Notes under the pieces: model-generated
The model's database searches: none
What the model was told of the DNA's origin: nothing
Seen by the model: only the letters and a program-made list of their open reading frames with translations
Part shown: one piece after another, positions 28,761 through 41,432 of the stretch
Position numbering within the stretch: position 1 is the first letter of the stretch
How the letters are laid out: each line of letters begins with the position of its first letter
Origin: Octopus vulgaris
Lineage: Eukaryota
Reading direction: 5' to 3'
DNA: 64,000 nt
NCBI GenBank assembly: GCA_951406725.2
Contig: OX597818.1
Location: 42,098,001-42,162,000 of the forward strand
Position numbers and translations under genes: made by a program

Positions 28761-29070
28761 CATTTTCCTGTATCACATGTTTCAACATAACTGTAATATA
28801 TTATATATGCCATTTTAATCCCAAGAAATGCTGGGTATCTCTGCTAGTATATATAGTATATATATATATATATCATCATCATCAGCAGCAGCATCATCAT
28901 CATTTAATGTCCGTTTTACATGTTAGCATGGGTTGGACTTGTGTGTTCGAGGTCGTGCAAACAAGGGAGACAGAGAAAGGCAGACTGCCACTTATATTTG
29001 AACACTATACAAATATTCCTTTAAAAAAACTTTTCTTCTAATTTTTCTAAATTTAATTATTTAATCGATA

Positions 29071-29108
29071 CAGTTGAAAAGGTCTCAAAATGACCGAAAC
29101 CGGTACTG
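29071..29108 (+). ncRNA. Minimal hammerhead ribozyme (U3-A8 variant), apparently intact
   Basis: cag-UUGAAAA-gguc-ucaaaau-gacc-GAAA-CCG-GUA-cug. Stem I cag/cug, stem II 4 bp, palindromic ACCGGU. Confidence 0.78.
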
Positions 29109-29195
29109 AAATGTTCTTTATAAAATTATTTTGGCATTTTCTATTTTGACTTGTTTTTTCATATATATCAACTCGCGTGTGTTCCTTTTCACCCT

Positions 29196-29231
<36 letters not shown>

Positions 29232-29262
29232 CATATATATATATATATACATACATATATAT

Positions 29263-29915
29263 CAGCCTCGTCTGGCACCCGTGCCGGTGATACGTAAAAG
29301 CACATTTGCTCATGGCCGTTTGCCAGCTCTGCCTGGCCCCGTGTCGGTGGCACATAAAAGCACCATCCATTCGTGTTCGTTGCCAGCCTCGCCTGGCCCC
29401 GTGCCGGTGACACGTAAAAGCACCGTCCGTTCGTGGCCGTTTGCCAGCTCTGTCTGGCCCCGTGTCGGTGGCACGTAAAAGCACCATCCGTTCGTGGCCG
29501 TTTGCCAGCACTGTCTGGCCCCGTGTCGGTGGCACGTAAAAGCACCATCCGTTTGTGTCCGTTGCCAGCCTCGGCTGGCCCCCGTGCCGGTGACACGTAA
29601 AAGCGCCGTCCGCTCGTGGCCGTTTGCCAGCTTTGTTTGGCAACCGTGTCAGTGGCACATAAAAGCACCATCCGTTCGCGTCCATTGCCAGCCTCAGCTG
29701 GCCCCCGTGCCGGTGACACGTAAAAGCACCGTCCGTTCATGGCCGTTTGCCAGCTCTGTCTGGCCCCGTGTCGGTGGCACGTAAAAGCACCATCCGTTCG
29801 TGTCCGTTGCCAGCATCGCCTGGCCCCGTGCCGGTGACACGTAAAAGCACCATCCGTTCGTGGCCGTTCGCCAGCTCTGTCTGGCACCTGTGCAGGTGGC
29901 ACGTAAAAAACACCC
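29263..29915 (+). repeat. Tandem array of 11 units of about 61 nt at the 5' side of an RTE-tailed element (element ends near 30083)
   Basis: Unit gccag-N6-ctggc-ccc-cgtgy-cggtg-rcacg-taaaag-cacc-rtccgttcgtg.ccgt. Two subtypes in the order ABABBABABAB. Confidence 0.92.
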
Positions 29916-30101
29916 ACTACACTCGTGGAGTGGTTGGCGTTAGGAAGGGCATCCAGCCGTAGAAACACTGCCAGATCTGACTGGGCCTGACGAAGCCTTC
30001 CAGCTTCACAGACCCCAGTTGACCCGTCCAACCCATGCTAGCATGGAAAGCGGACGCTAAACGATGATGATGATGATGATGATATATATATATACATATG
30101 C

Positions 30102-30160
<59 letters not shown>

Positions 30161-30218
30161 CATACATACATACATACATACATACATACATACATACATA
30201 CATACATACATACATACA

Positions 30219-30250
<32 letters not shown>

Positions 30251-30251
<1 letters not shown>

Positions 30252-30671
30252 TGGGTTGTCCGGAAAGTTTGTGCTGATTTATAGTAGCTTACCTTTTGAC
30301 TTATTTTAGAACATGGTTGAGTCCATAAAATAAGATTTGACTACACCTCCATTTAGAGCACAGTTTAAGCTATCTTTTAGTGGAAGAAGGTTTATGCTCC
30401 TATAACCTGTGTTAATTCTGTAACCCTTTAAAATGGAAGATAAGAAAGTTCATTTTCGGCACTTGATGCTTTGGGAACCAGACAAAAATTGCTGCAGCTC
30501 AGCTAGGATGGATTACCCCACCCTCCATATTCACTAGATATTGCTCCTTCAAATTTCCACTTATTCAGGTCTCTGCAGAATAGTCTTAATGGTAAAAATT
30601 TCGATTCCTTGGATGACATAAAAAGATACCTTGATGAATTCTTTGCCATGAAACCACATCAATTCTGGGAA
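30251..30671 (+). mobile_element. Deleted mariner fragment (same family as 2868-3092)
   Basis: Same left TIR, MEDKKVHFRHLMLWE start, LPHPPYSLDIAPSNFHLFRSLQNSL. Confidence 0.85.
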
Positions 30672-31179
30672 TTGAGGTGATTTCATGAGTCTGTTGAGTG
30701 GCAATTTTGTTGTATACAAGGTTGTGGTGGCAAATTGATATGGAGGATTTTTATTGATAAAATTTGGGGAAATGCTAATTGCTAGAATTTATTTATGCCT
30801 GTAGAGTTTTGTAATTAGGTGTGTATGTTTAGGTGTTTCATCTTCAGATCATAAGTGTTCACAAACGAATGTAGTTAGGTTGTTGGACAGCAGAACTTTC
30901 ATTTGAGTTGGTTGTTGTTGGCTTTGTTTAGGTATTAATGGGACATTTGCCTTTTGTATTGAGAATGAGAAGTTAATCTTAGAGTTCATTCCAGTGTTTT
31001 GACCTTGGTATTAAGGTGTATTACTTTGTATGTCAGTTTTTATGCGACTGGTATTCAAGGGTTCCCAAAAGAAAGTAAGTGATAAGGTTTAGTTAACTGG
31101 GAGGTTTTTTGTTGTTTTTCAGCTGTTTATAATGGGATGGTGTTGGTTATCACTTAAGCATGTCACAGTGATATTGGTA

Positions 31180-32530
31180 TGGAAAATTTGTTAATCAAAT
31201 ATTTTAATGTTCAAAACCCTACAATCAGGCTAATTAACACTTCTAGAAGTGAGATGGATACAATAAGTAGATCCTCAGTATTGTCAATTCTGATATCAAA
31301 AGGGTCATTGAATTAATCTAACAGAACTGTAATATCATTGTCATCAACTGGTCCAACAATACTGAGAGAAAATGTCATCTGTAAAATTACCCGGTTCTAT
31401 ATCTGCTATATCAGAAACCCCACTTCTGATTGCTCAAGATTTTGGGAGGAAATACTGGATATAGCAACCACAGCATTTAAATAATATAGAATGTTAAAAT
31501 GTCACTCTTGTATATGATGACTTACACTGAGCCAAAAAGTAAGGTGACCTATCATTTGACACCTACATAGGGAGTTAAAATGAAGATTAAGTTACAAAGT
31601 TTTTTGGATTATTTAATCAGGATATGTTTTAATAGTGGACATCCATACCCTATATTCAGGCTTTTAGTGAGATGATAGTCTGGCAACCTTAAATAACATT
31701 TGTTATGGATAAATTTAGGAAGGCACTAACAGGAATTTTCAAGAAGTTTGGTTTAAATATAATCACCACAGCCAAAGTAACCACAGCTGATTTTTTGGAC
31801 ATTAACCTTAGAACAGAAAAATAGTGACAATAAACCTTAGGAGAGACAAATAGTAGAAATTCTAACGTGGAACTGTGTGTATTAATAGGAATTCCAACAT
31901 ACCCCTGCTATAATTAGATATTTTGTAGCTAGTATCAATACTTCTGTTGCTATGTCTCAGATTTTTTCTTATCCCATTATGATGAAGCATTAGTAAGAAG
32001 TGGATTTAATTCCCAACCTCATCTCTGATGAGAGTTAAGAAGAGAAAAGTATGACTTTTTAATGTGCAAAAAGTTAAGGTGATCTACTCTAGCCTAGATA
32101 ATGTCTCATCTAATATTATACACTGGAAAAAAATGTACACCTACATAACACTTACTCCAAGGACTCATATACATATACTTAAATCAAACCACTTTATAGT
32201 GAGAGGAATTTTGCCTTACCAAGTAATGGTTTGTAGGGTGACTCTCACTCCACCTGATGATAATCTAAGGTACTAAACAGAACTTGCAGCAAATGAATTT
32301 AAAGGAAGGTTTATCAAGCATTTTTACATCTTCAAGTCTAGGAACAAAAGAAACTCTTCTTCCCTACTCTGTTTTATCTAGAGACTCTGACATCAGGAAA
32401 TTCTTCAGAACCAAGAAAGTGATCTATGTTATACTGAGCTGATTAGGAATAAACCCAGTATAACCTAGAGCATGCAAAGCAACACACCTCCAATTTTGGA
32501 ATGCACAGTTGTCATCTTTGTTTCAGCAAA
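31180..32530 (+). mobile_element. Decayed Penelope-like RT remnant
   Basis: MDKFRKALTGIFKKFGLNI...ADFLDINL (RT C-terminal motif). Many stops and frameshifts. Confidence 0.5.
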
Positions 32531-32562
32531 AATTACACATATTGCAGTATCATGTCATTTAA

Positions 32563-32585
32563 CAGCAGCAGCAGCAACAGCAACA

Positions 32586-32616
<31 letters not shown>

Positions 32617-32662
32617 CAACAACAACAACAACAACAGCAGCAGCAGCAGCAGCAACAACAAC

Positions 32663-32703
<41 letters not shown>
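32563..32703 (+). repeat. Compound (CAG)n/(CAA)n microsatellite
   Basis: Read directly from the sequence. Confidence 0.95.
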
Positions 32704-32704
<1 letters not shown>

Positions 32705-33696
32705 AAAGCCATTCTACTGCAAGAAGCAGGGCTCACTGCTGGCTAGCTTAAAACCATTAATGTTAATATCTATTCACAAGTGTTTGCCTTACATATATCA
32801 ACACCCTTCCAACTATGTCTATACAAGATCTGAATGCTCTTCCTACTGCCAACAATGAGACTAACTGCAGGTTGTTCATCGTTAATATCTTCCATAGTTA
32901 AGGCATGTGGCCTTGTGATTAAGCTGTTGCATCCATGATTGTAAGATCATGGTTTCGTTTCCTCGATCAAGCAGTGTATTGTGATCAGTCAATTCACATT
33001 ACTTCAGTCTACTCAGCACTAAAATAAGTTCCAGCAATAGTTGGGGAGTTGACCGTCTGACAGACAGATGTCCCATTCAGTGTAGTGGGGAAGGGAGTAT
33101 TGTGATTGAGATCACTTACATGCCATTGTCACCAGATCAAATGTCCAAATTATGAGTTCTTGGATTCATGACAGACCCTGATATCTTCCATAAATCGTAA
33201 CTGATTACTGCATAAATTTCTATAGTCCTCAACTAATTTTACTTGTAATACTAGGATCTCTTAAGGTGGTGAACTGGCAGAATTGTTAGCATAACAGGCA
33301 TTTTGTCTGTCTTCACCTTCTGAGTTAAAATTCTGCCAAGGTTGACTTTGCTTCTAAAGGTTGATAAAATAGGTACCAGTTGAACATTGGGGTTGATGTA
33401 ATCAATTTATGCCCTCCCCTGAAACTGTGGGCCTTGTACCAAAATTTGAGATCAATTCCAGGATCTCTAGCCAGAGCAAAGGAAATTTCTGCACACTCAC
33501 CCATCACTCACCAGCATCCATTCACACCATAATCCGGTAACATTCCATAGTCAGCCTAATCTGCTAGCAGCCAACAACAGTCAACAATAACAAATACCAT
33601 CACATGATGTGAACCAGCCAATGAAATAAAAACTTACTCATCATCCAATGGGAGTTTGCTTTATCTAGAAGCTATGAAAGCATTGTTACTTAAAAG

Positions 33697-34036
33697 GGAT
33701 CTTTACCTTTTGGCTGACAGATTTAAAAAATAATTCTTTGTAACTAAACACTTTCAAACTTCGTATATTGGTAGAATGTGTCACATAAAACATCTTTTAC
33801 TCTTGGCGTTGTTGAGAAAATTCTGTATTTTGGAAGTTATTTCTTGTTAAAGTTGTCGTATTTCGGTAATTTCAACCAATCAATGACGTATATTCAGCTG
33901 AATAAAATAACTGCTGTTATTTGTCAACAACAACTTCCGGTGGTGTATATTTTGTTTGTCACTGTTATTTATGACATATTTCATCTCAGTTACTAAAAAT
34001 TATTTTAAAAATCTGTCAGTCAAAAAGTAAAGATCC
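33697..34036. mobile_element. Merlin-like MITE
   Basis: GG...CC termini, TIR ggatctttac.ttttg.ctgacagattt, 8-bp TSD cttaaaag. Internal similarity to the 55415 and 56493 elements. Confidence 0.75.
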
Positions 34037-34625
34037 CTTAAAAGCAAGAAAACCAAATGATACAGAGTGTTTTCCTGACCTCTGCAATTCTGATTCAAAA
34101 TATTAATACAAATTATATATCATTTATTATTGCTGTTATTTGTTTCAGTCATTAGACTGCGACCATGCTAGAGCACTACCTTGAAGAATTGTAGTCAAAC
34201 ACATCGACCCTAGAACTTACTTTATTTTTTTAGCCTGGTATTTATTTTATTCATCTCTTTTGCTGAACTGCTAAGTATGAGGATGTAGATACACCAACAC
34301 CAATTTTCAATTGGTGGTGGAGGACAAACACAGAAAGAAAGACAAATGCACACATAAATATGTGTGTGTGTATATATGTGTGTGTGTGTGTGTTTATAAA
34401 TTTTTATATTATACATTATGTATATGAATGCACCTATGTATGCTGTGGAGTATTCCAACGCTTTGAAATGTTCTCTCTTTCTTGGTTATATATATATATA
34501 TATATATACGTATGTATGTATGTATGTATGTATGTATGTATGTATGTATGTATGTATGTATGTATGTATGTATGTACGCATGTATGTATGTATGTATGTA
34601 TGTATGTATCTATGTATGTATGTAC

Positions 34626-34656
<31 letters not shown>

Positions 34657-34821
34657 TGTATGTATGTATGTATGACAGGGTTCTTCCAGTTCCCATCAGC
34701 CAAATCCACTCACAAGGCATTGGTTGGCCTAAGGCTACAGTAGAAGACACTTGCCAAAGGTGCCACACAGTGGGACTGAACCTGGAACTACACAGCCAGC
34801 CTGCACCTATGAGCCACACCA

Positions 34822-34898
<77 letters not shown>

Positions 34899-36182
34899 TC
34901 CCACCTCTGCTTGACAAGTAGTGTTATTGTGTTTATGTCCCTGTAACTTAGCAGTTCAGCAAATAAACCAATGAAACAAGTACCAGGTTTCTAAAAAAAT
35001 AGGTACTGGGGTTGATTTGTTTGACTAAAATTCTTCCAAGCAGTGTCTCAGTACGGCTGTGGTCTAATCATTGAAAGAAGTTAAAAGATATAGAGAGAGG
35101 TTGAAAACTTGACTTTGGCACGGATTGTGCTTTGTAACATTAGAATATTAGATATTTACTGGATAACAGATTGAATTTCATACATTTGATGCAGACTTTT
35201 TAGAACAGTCATGGCTGTATGGTTAATAAGTGTGTTTTATAACTGTAGTCTTAGGTTCAATTACACTGCATGTTACTTTGGATAAGTCGACTTTTTTTTT
35301 GTCATAGTCTTTGAAATTTGATAGACAGAAGCTGCATTGGAGAGACTATTCAAGTCTTTGTGTGCTGCATGTTTACTTCTTATCTTTTCTTTTCAACTCT
35401 AGACACAAGGCCCAAAATTTTTAGAGAGGGGACCAGTTGATTAGATCGATCCCAGTATTTATAGACCCCGAAAGGATGAAAGGCAAAATCGACCTCAGCA
35501 GAATTTGAACTCAGAACATAAAGACAGACAAGGCTGTAGTGCTACCTTGAAGAATTTTTGTCAAACAAATTGTTGACTCCAGTATTTTTTTACTTAAGTC
35601 TAATACTTATTCTATCTCTCTCAATTTGCTGAACTGCTAAGTTATAGAGACATAAACACATCAACACCAGTTGCCAAGTAGTGGTGGGAAAGAACACAAA
35701 CACAAAGGAACACATAGATATATTTATATATCTATGACAGGTTCCTTTCAGTTTCTGTCTACCAAATCCAATCACAAGGCTTTCATTAGCCTGAGGCTAA
35801 GACACTATATGTATCTTGTTTTAACACCACCACTTGTCCTTGGGTGCTTTTGGTGGAATCTACTCTGTTTCAAGCATTTAGGCCTGGTTTCTGATCAGAA
35901 AGTAACTGCCTCTCTTTATCTCAAAAGACAGAGACGATAAAAAAGGCATTGATTTACCTCTCTGACAAATACATAAAAACATTAAAAAACTTTTAACCAA
36001 ATCAGCAATTTTATATTGAATTAGAAATTATTTGCTTTTTCAATCAGATGTTTAATATTTATAGTTTTAGTATGAGAAGACAAACCTTCAATTCCTCAGG
36101 TTAGTCAAAAAAGGTACATACATACATACATACATACATACAAACATACATACATACATACATACATACATACATACATACA

Positions 36183-36216
<34 letters not shown>

Positions 36217-36387
36217 CATACATACATACATGCATGCATGCATACATATATGCACACAAACAAACAAACAAACAAAAATACCCTGTTGCTGATGTTGAAA
36301 GGAGCTTTGGATCTAAGTTAGAAACTGGCTCTTTCTCTATCAGCAAAAAATATTGAAATAAAACTGAACAATGACATATATATATAT

Positions 36388-36800
36388 ATCATCATCATCA
36401 TCATCATCATCATCGTTTAACGTCCGTTCTCCATGCTAGCATGGGTTGGACGGTTCGACCGGGGATCTGGGAAGCCAGAAGGCTGCACCAGGCTCCAGTC
36501 TTATCTGGCAATGTTTCTACAGCTGATGCCCTTCCTAACGCCAACCACTCCGTGAGTGTAGTGGGTGCTTTTTACGTGCCACCTGCACAGGTGCCAGGCG
36601 AGGCTGGCAACGGCCACGGTCAGATTAGTGTATTTTATGTGCCACCGGCACGGAAGCCAGTCGAGGCGGCACTGGCATCGGCCACGAATCGGATAGTGCT
36701 TTTTACGTACCACCAGACCAGGGATCCTGGCTGGTTCAATTTGATTTCGATTTCGCTTGCCCCAACATGTCTTCGCAAGCAAAGGGGGTTGGCATGGGTT
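36388..36800 (-). mobile_element. RTE-tailed modular element (3 modules, partial 5' head)
   Basis: Same core. Its 5' part gcttgcgaagacatgttggggcaagcgaaatcgaaatcaaatt matches 26000-26040. Confidence 0.8.
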
Positions 36801-38019
36801 ATAATTAGATATTTATTATATATCTATGTATGTATATATGTATGTACCTATGTATATATGTATGTAAATATGTATGTAATGTGTGTGTGTGTGTGTACAT
36901 AAATATATCATTCCACCATGGTAGTGGCTGATCATTCAACCACGGTGATGGTTGAATATATTCTTAAGTCCATCATTTCATCAATTGTAGCAGCTTCCAA
37001 GCTTCACCACTAATTCACTTCTCAACTAAATTGTAAACTGTTAATAGTTTTAGAGTGCTGCATGAAATACTTACCAGTATTTCGTCTGACTTTATATTCT
37101 TGAGTTCAAATTTTGCTGAGGTCGACTTTGACGTACAGATTATTTAATTAATTTTTTTTAATTAATCACTTTCAAACTTCTGATACTGGTAGAATTTGAC
37201 ACATAGAACAGGGTTAATTCTTAATGTTTTGACAAAATTTTGTATTTTAGAAGTTATTTTGTCAGAAGTTACAGAGTGACAATGGACAAATTTGTGTTTG
37301 ATGAGTGCCAATACACGAAACTCTCAGCTTTTGACTTACTCTCTAACTTCTGCCAATGGTATATATACATATTACATATATGTGTAAAAAAATATCATCA
37401 TGCAATCAAACCAACGAAAGAACCTCTGCCTGGTCCCTCGACATGCTAAAAATAGCAGACAAAGTATCCCCCTATCTAAATCACATCCATTGTATGTAAT
37501 GTCCTAGATTATCCCTAAAAAGATGGTTTGCCGAAGGCTGGAATGTCTTTGATGATAGGTTTGAAGTATCAGAGTTGATTTGGGGCTAAATAACAACAAC
37601 ATTATGGTAAATTTCTATATAAACACCTGCATGATTTTCACTAAGAAAAAAAAAACAGGAAATTTGATTTTTTTGCATGGAATCAAGTACCCTGACCTCA
37701 TAATATGCTGCAAATCCCTTATTTTGGTATGGATAAAATGAGGTGGGGGTCCTCCCACTATTCCTGGAATCATTGGAAATGTTTTTTTTTGTTGAACGAA
37801 TTCCTGTGACCTCTTAATATTGCAAAATTAGGTTACTTAAGGTGAGCCTGGTAACTGATGGTTCTGGGATCTTGTTTGTAACCTTTGGTGAGCCATGGTG
37901 CAATCCACAACATGGTAAAAATATCTGCCATTAATTTGGTGTGGATGGGTAATATCAAATAATTCAATCACAACATATATTTAAATTAAACACGAAAAAA
38001 ATTGAAATATTATCATCAC

Positions 38020-38620
38020 TTACATGGAAAAATTGAAATATTATCTTTCAGTATTTTTACAAGGTAAAATCTTAAATTATTAATTGACACATTATTATCT
38101 TATAACAGCAATGCCTGGAAAAATGTAAGCATGAAAAGTAATATTCTTAAGATGATAAACCTGGAAAAGTACACAACACAAGTTGTTACACCTGTAAAAG
38201 TATAGGACAAGCTATTACTTCTAGTAAAGTAAAGAATAAGAAACTTAAAATATTGCAGCTGCAGCTAAAATTAAAATTTGAATATTAAAACTTATTTTAT
38301 TATAGTTTACAAATAACACTGTACTTATTTAAGTAAAATTTGACTAATTTACTACCTTAAATACAGAAATTAATTAGACAAACTTACAAATTAGCTGAAC
38401 AGTTTTGTACAATGAATTTAAAAGATGAGAACTGTTAAAGCATGATAAATTAGAACTGGCATTCTTTACTGCAATATTTTAAGTAGAAAGTTTCTTATTC
38501 TTTATTTACTAGAAGTAATAGCTTGTCCTATACTTTTACAGGTACAATAACTTGTCCTGTACTTTTCCAGGTTTATAATCTTAAGAATATTACATTTTAA
38601 GCTTCCATTTTTCCATGTAA
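38020..38620. mobile_element. Foldback DNA element with long inverted arms and subterminal repeats of about 30 nt
   Basis: 38111-38246 is the imperfect reverse complement of 38488-38620. Termini tacatggaaaaa/tttttccatgta. Related arms at 59410-59500 and 60205-60292. Confidence 0.7.
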
Positions 38621-38728
38621 TATATAGTTTGATGCATCTAAATGAATTGTTACATAATTTTTTTGTTTCTTTAATTTGTCTTAAAAGATTACTATAATTC
38701 TCTTAATGTTTTTGTGTATTTTCACATT

Positions 38729-38779
<51 letters not shown>

Positions 38780-38860
38780 CACACACACATGTATATACAT
38801 AGACACAAATGCATGTGTGTATATATATACACATACACACGTACTCACACATACAGACAC

Positions 38861-38933
<73 letters not shown>

Positions 38934-38986
38934 TATATATATATATATATATACACACACATATATATATATACATACATACATAC

Positions 38987-39035
<49 letters not shown>

Positions 39036-39263
39036 GTGTGAGCACGTGTGTATGTGTATATATATACACACATGCATTTGTGTCTATGTATATACATGTT
39101 GTAATTATTTTTTTTCCTTAAATGTTGCATAAAAAGAACAACAAAGCAAAATGGAATGGAAAGGCTGATAAAATACAACAGAATAAACTACAGAACAGAA
39201 ATAATGTTGAAAAAATTAGAAATTCAAAGACATCACATTTTGACCAAAGATATTTACCAATCA

Positions 39264-39308
<45 letters not shown>

Positions 39309-39365
39309 TGTCATTACAACTAATAATATTTTTTGCTTCTAGAACACATTCTTCCAATCACTTAC

Positions 39366-39440
39366 CTGTTTCTTGGCTTCTATTTCATCCAGCCACAATG
39401 CAAAAACAAGAATTACAAGAATAAAAATTGGTAACTTCAT
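39366..39440 (-). CDS. SRCR-domain secreted protein, first coding exon (signal peptide MKLPIFILVILVFALWLDEIEA-KKQ)
   Basis: ATG at 39440 (an in-frame upstream ATG at 39458 gives MFTGNR). 25 codons with a basic N-terminus, hydrophobic core and IEA cleavage-like end. Perfect donor CAG|gtaagt, phase 0, in frame with the downstream microexons. Confidence 0.8.
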
Positions 39441-40084
39441 CCTGTTACCAGTAAACATCTAACTGACTTTAAAGTAAAAAAATATTTCTGAATTTGTGAT
39501 GAGAGTGAAGGGGAGGGTGATTGTGTTTTGTGATGGTTGTTAACAAAGGAGAGGCCAGAATACATTTAAGCTTCAGTCTCCCTGATGACAATTGTCAAGT
39601 GAGCCACTTCTCCCCTCCAACTTACTTCTACCCTGTCACTGTCACCATCACCAACAAACTGTTAACTTTTTTTTCTTTCTTATCTGGTGACTTCATTTTC
39701 TTCTTCTGAATGTTTTGTTGGTTCCTTTTTCTTTCTTTCTTTTTTTTTTTTTTTTTTTTTGTTAAATCTAAAAATGAGGACAATATTGCTACTCTCATCT
39801 GTAAAGATTTCAGCATCAGCAATTTGATACAAACATTGTTTTTAGGTCATACACAAAAGACTATTTACTACATGGGGCATGTATGAGTTTAAGTATGTTT
39901 ATGTCTGTGTATGTATACATGGGTGCATAACTCAAGAGGACAGTTTTTTATGACGGGGTTTTATGAACTTATAGATGTGAATATACATACCCTGAAATAA
40001 GAAACATGTTTATCTATAAAGCAAATGAAAGATAGAATTTCAAAATAGTTTAGCAATGTATATGAAGGTGTGTGTGAAGTGAGG

Positions 40085-40144
<60 letters not shown>

Positions 40145-40240
40145 TCACTATCATAATATATTGTGTAACATGATGGCATGGGTTGGATAGTTCATGTGTG
40201 TGTGTGTGTGTGTCTATGCATATATAGATGTTTATAAATA

Positions 40241-40285
<45 letters not shown>

Positions 40286-40302
40286 ACACACACACATATA
40301 TT

Positions 40303-40351
<49 letters not shown>

Positions 40352-40810
40352 GAATGTATGAATACTCATATGTATGTATGTATATCTTTCTGTATCTACA
40401 GATTCACATGTTTGGGCCTCACACTTATAATAACATGCACAAACAACCAACACCCAATAATCCCTAATCTGTGCCTCAAGACAGCTAGAGACACACCAAA
40501 GAATATATAATCACATCCTGTTTATTCAACTTATTAATCATACAATTTTTTCATATACAGCAAGGAGACCTGTCTTAACAATTTTGTGAAGCCCTTATTT
40601 ATTGCTAACATCCTCCTCTTTACTTTGTTGTCATTTTTCATTGTTGTTATCGCTGATGTTACTACGATGAATTACAATAGGTTTATGTGTTTACTTCATG
40701 ATCAAGTGTATCTATTTCATAATCAAGTGTTTGGAGGAGTTGTTTCTCTTCAGTCATTAGACTGTGGTCATGCTGGGGCATTGCCTTAAAGAATATTAGT
40801 CAAATAGGTG

Positions 40811-41432
40811 TAGGAGTGGCTGTGTGGTAAGTAGCTTGTTTACCAACCACATGGTTCCGGGTTCAGTTCCACTGCGTGGAACCTTGGGCAAGTGTCTTCT
40901 GCTATAGCCTCGGGTTGACCAAAGCTTTGTGAGTGGATTTGGTAGACGGAGACTGAAAGAAGCCCGTCATATACATGTATATATATATACTTTCTTCACC
41001 CATTCCCTTCCGGTCAATCAAAATGTGACCATGTGTGTATCGTTGGCAATTTTTTTTCCTCTGTCTTCCCTTCCTTGGATCTTTCCTTTTCCTATGTGTC
41101 TGACGGAGAGCTCCGCTCGAAACATTAAATCCTCCTTCTTTCTTTTCTTTCCTGAGCATTCACTAACACTATATTTGTTCCACGCCCTCGCGTTTTTGTG
41201 TTTTCATGTTTGGATTAACTTTAACTATATATATATTTGTGTGTCTGTGTTTTTGTGTCTGTGTTTGCACCCCCCCCCCCCCAACATCGCTTGACAACCG
41301 ATGCTGGTGTGCTTACGTCCCCGTAACTTAGCAGTTCGGCAAAAGAGACCAATAGAATAAGTACTAGGCTTACAAAGAATAAGTCCTGGGGGTCGATTTG
41401 CTCGACTAAAGACAGTGCTCTAGCATGGTCAG
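40811..41432 (+). mobile_element. tRNA-type SINE family C with a hammerhead-bearing insert in its central (TA)n
   Basis: Head ggagtggctgtgtggtaag...gggttcagttcc at 40812, tail at 41235-41432, insert at 40990-41227 with CUGACGG-a-gagcuccgcuc-GAAA. Confidence 0.8.

Noticed and set aside
29280-29305. Pistol ribozyme resemblance (CGUG..CACG-UAAAA plus pseudoknot)
   Set aside because: The P2/P3 arms and the cleavage junction that pistol requires between the A-linker and the pseudoknot strand are missing.
29263-29915. CRISPR-like repeat-spacer array
   Set aside because: The intervening sequences are homologous to each other, the array is part of a retroelement in eukaryotic DNA, and there are no cas genes.
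29195-30031. 278-aa and 210-aa repetitive ORFs on the minus strand
   Set aside because: They are antisense read-through of the 61-nt tandem array. Unit length drifts between 60 and 62 nt and the frames rotate, so there is no sign of coding constraint.
32472-32858. PolyQ/polyA/polyN ORFs
   Set aside because: Pure CAG/CAA microsatellite with no splice or domain support.
36282-36336. Candidate minus-strand exon KEPVSNLDPKLLSTSAT
   Set aside because: Phase 1-2 is incompatible with the flanking phase-0 exons, and the donor (gtattt) is weak.
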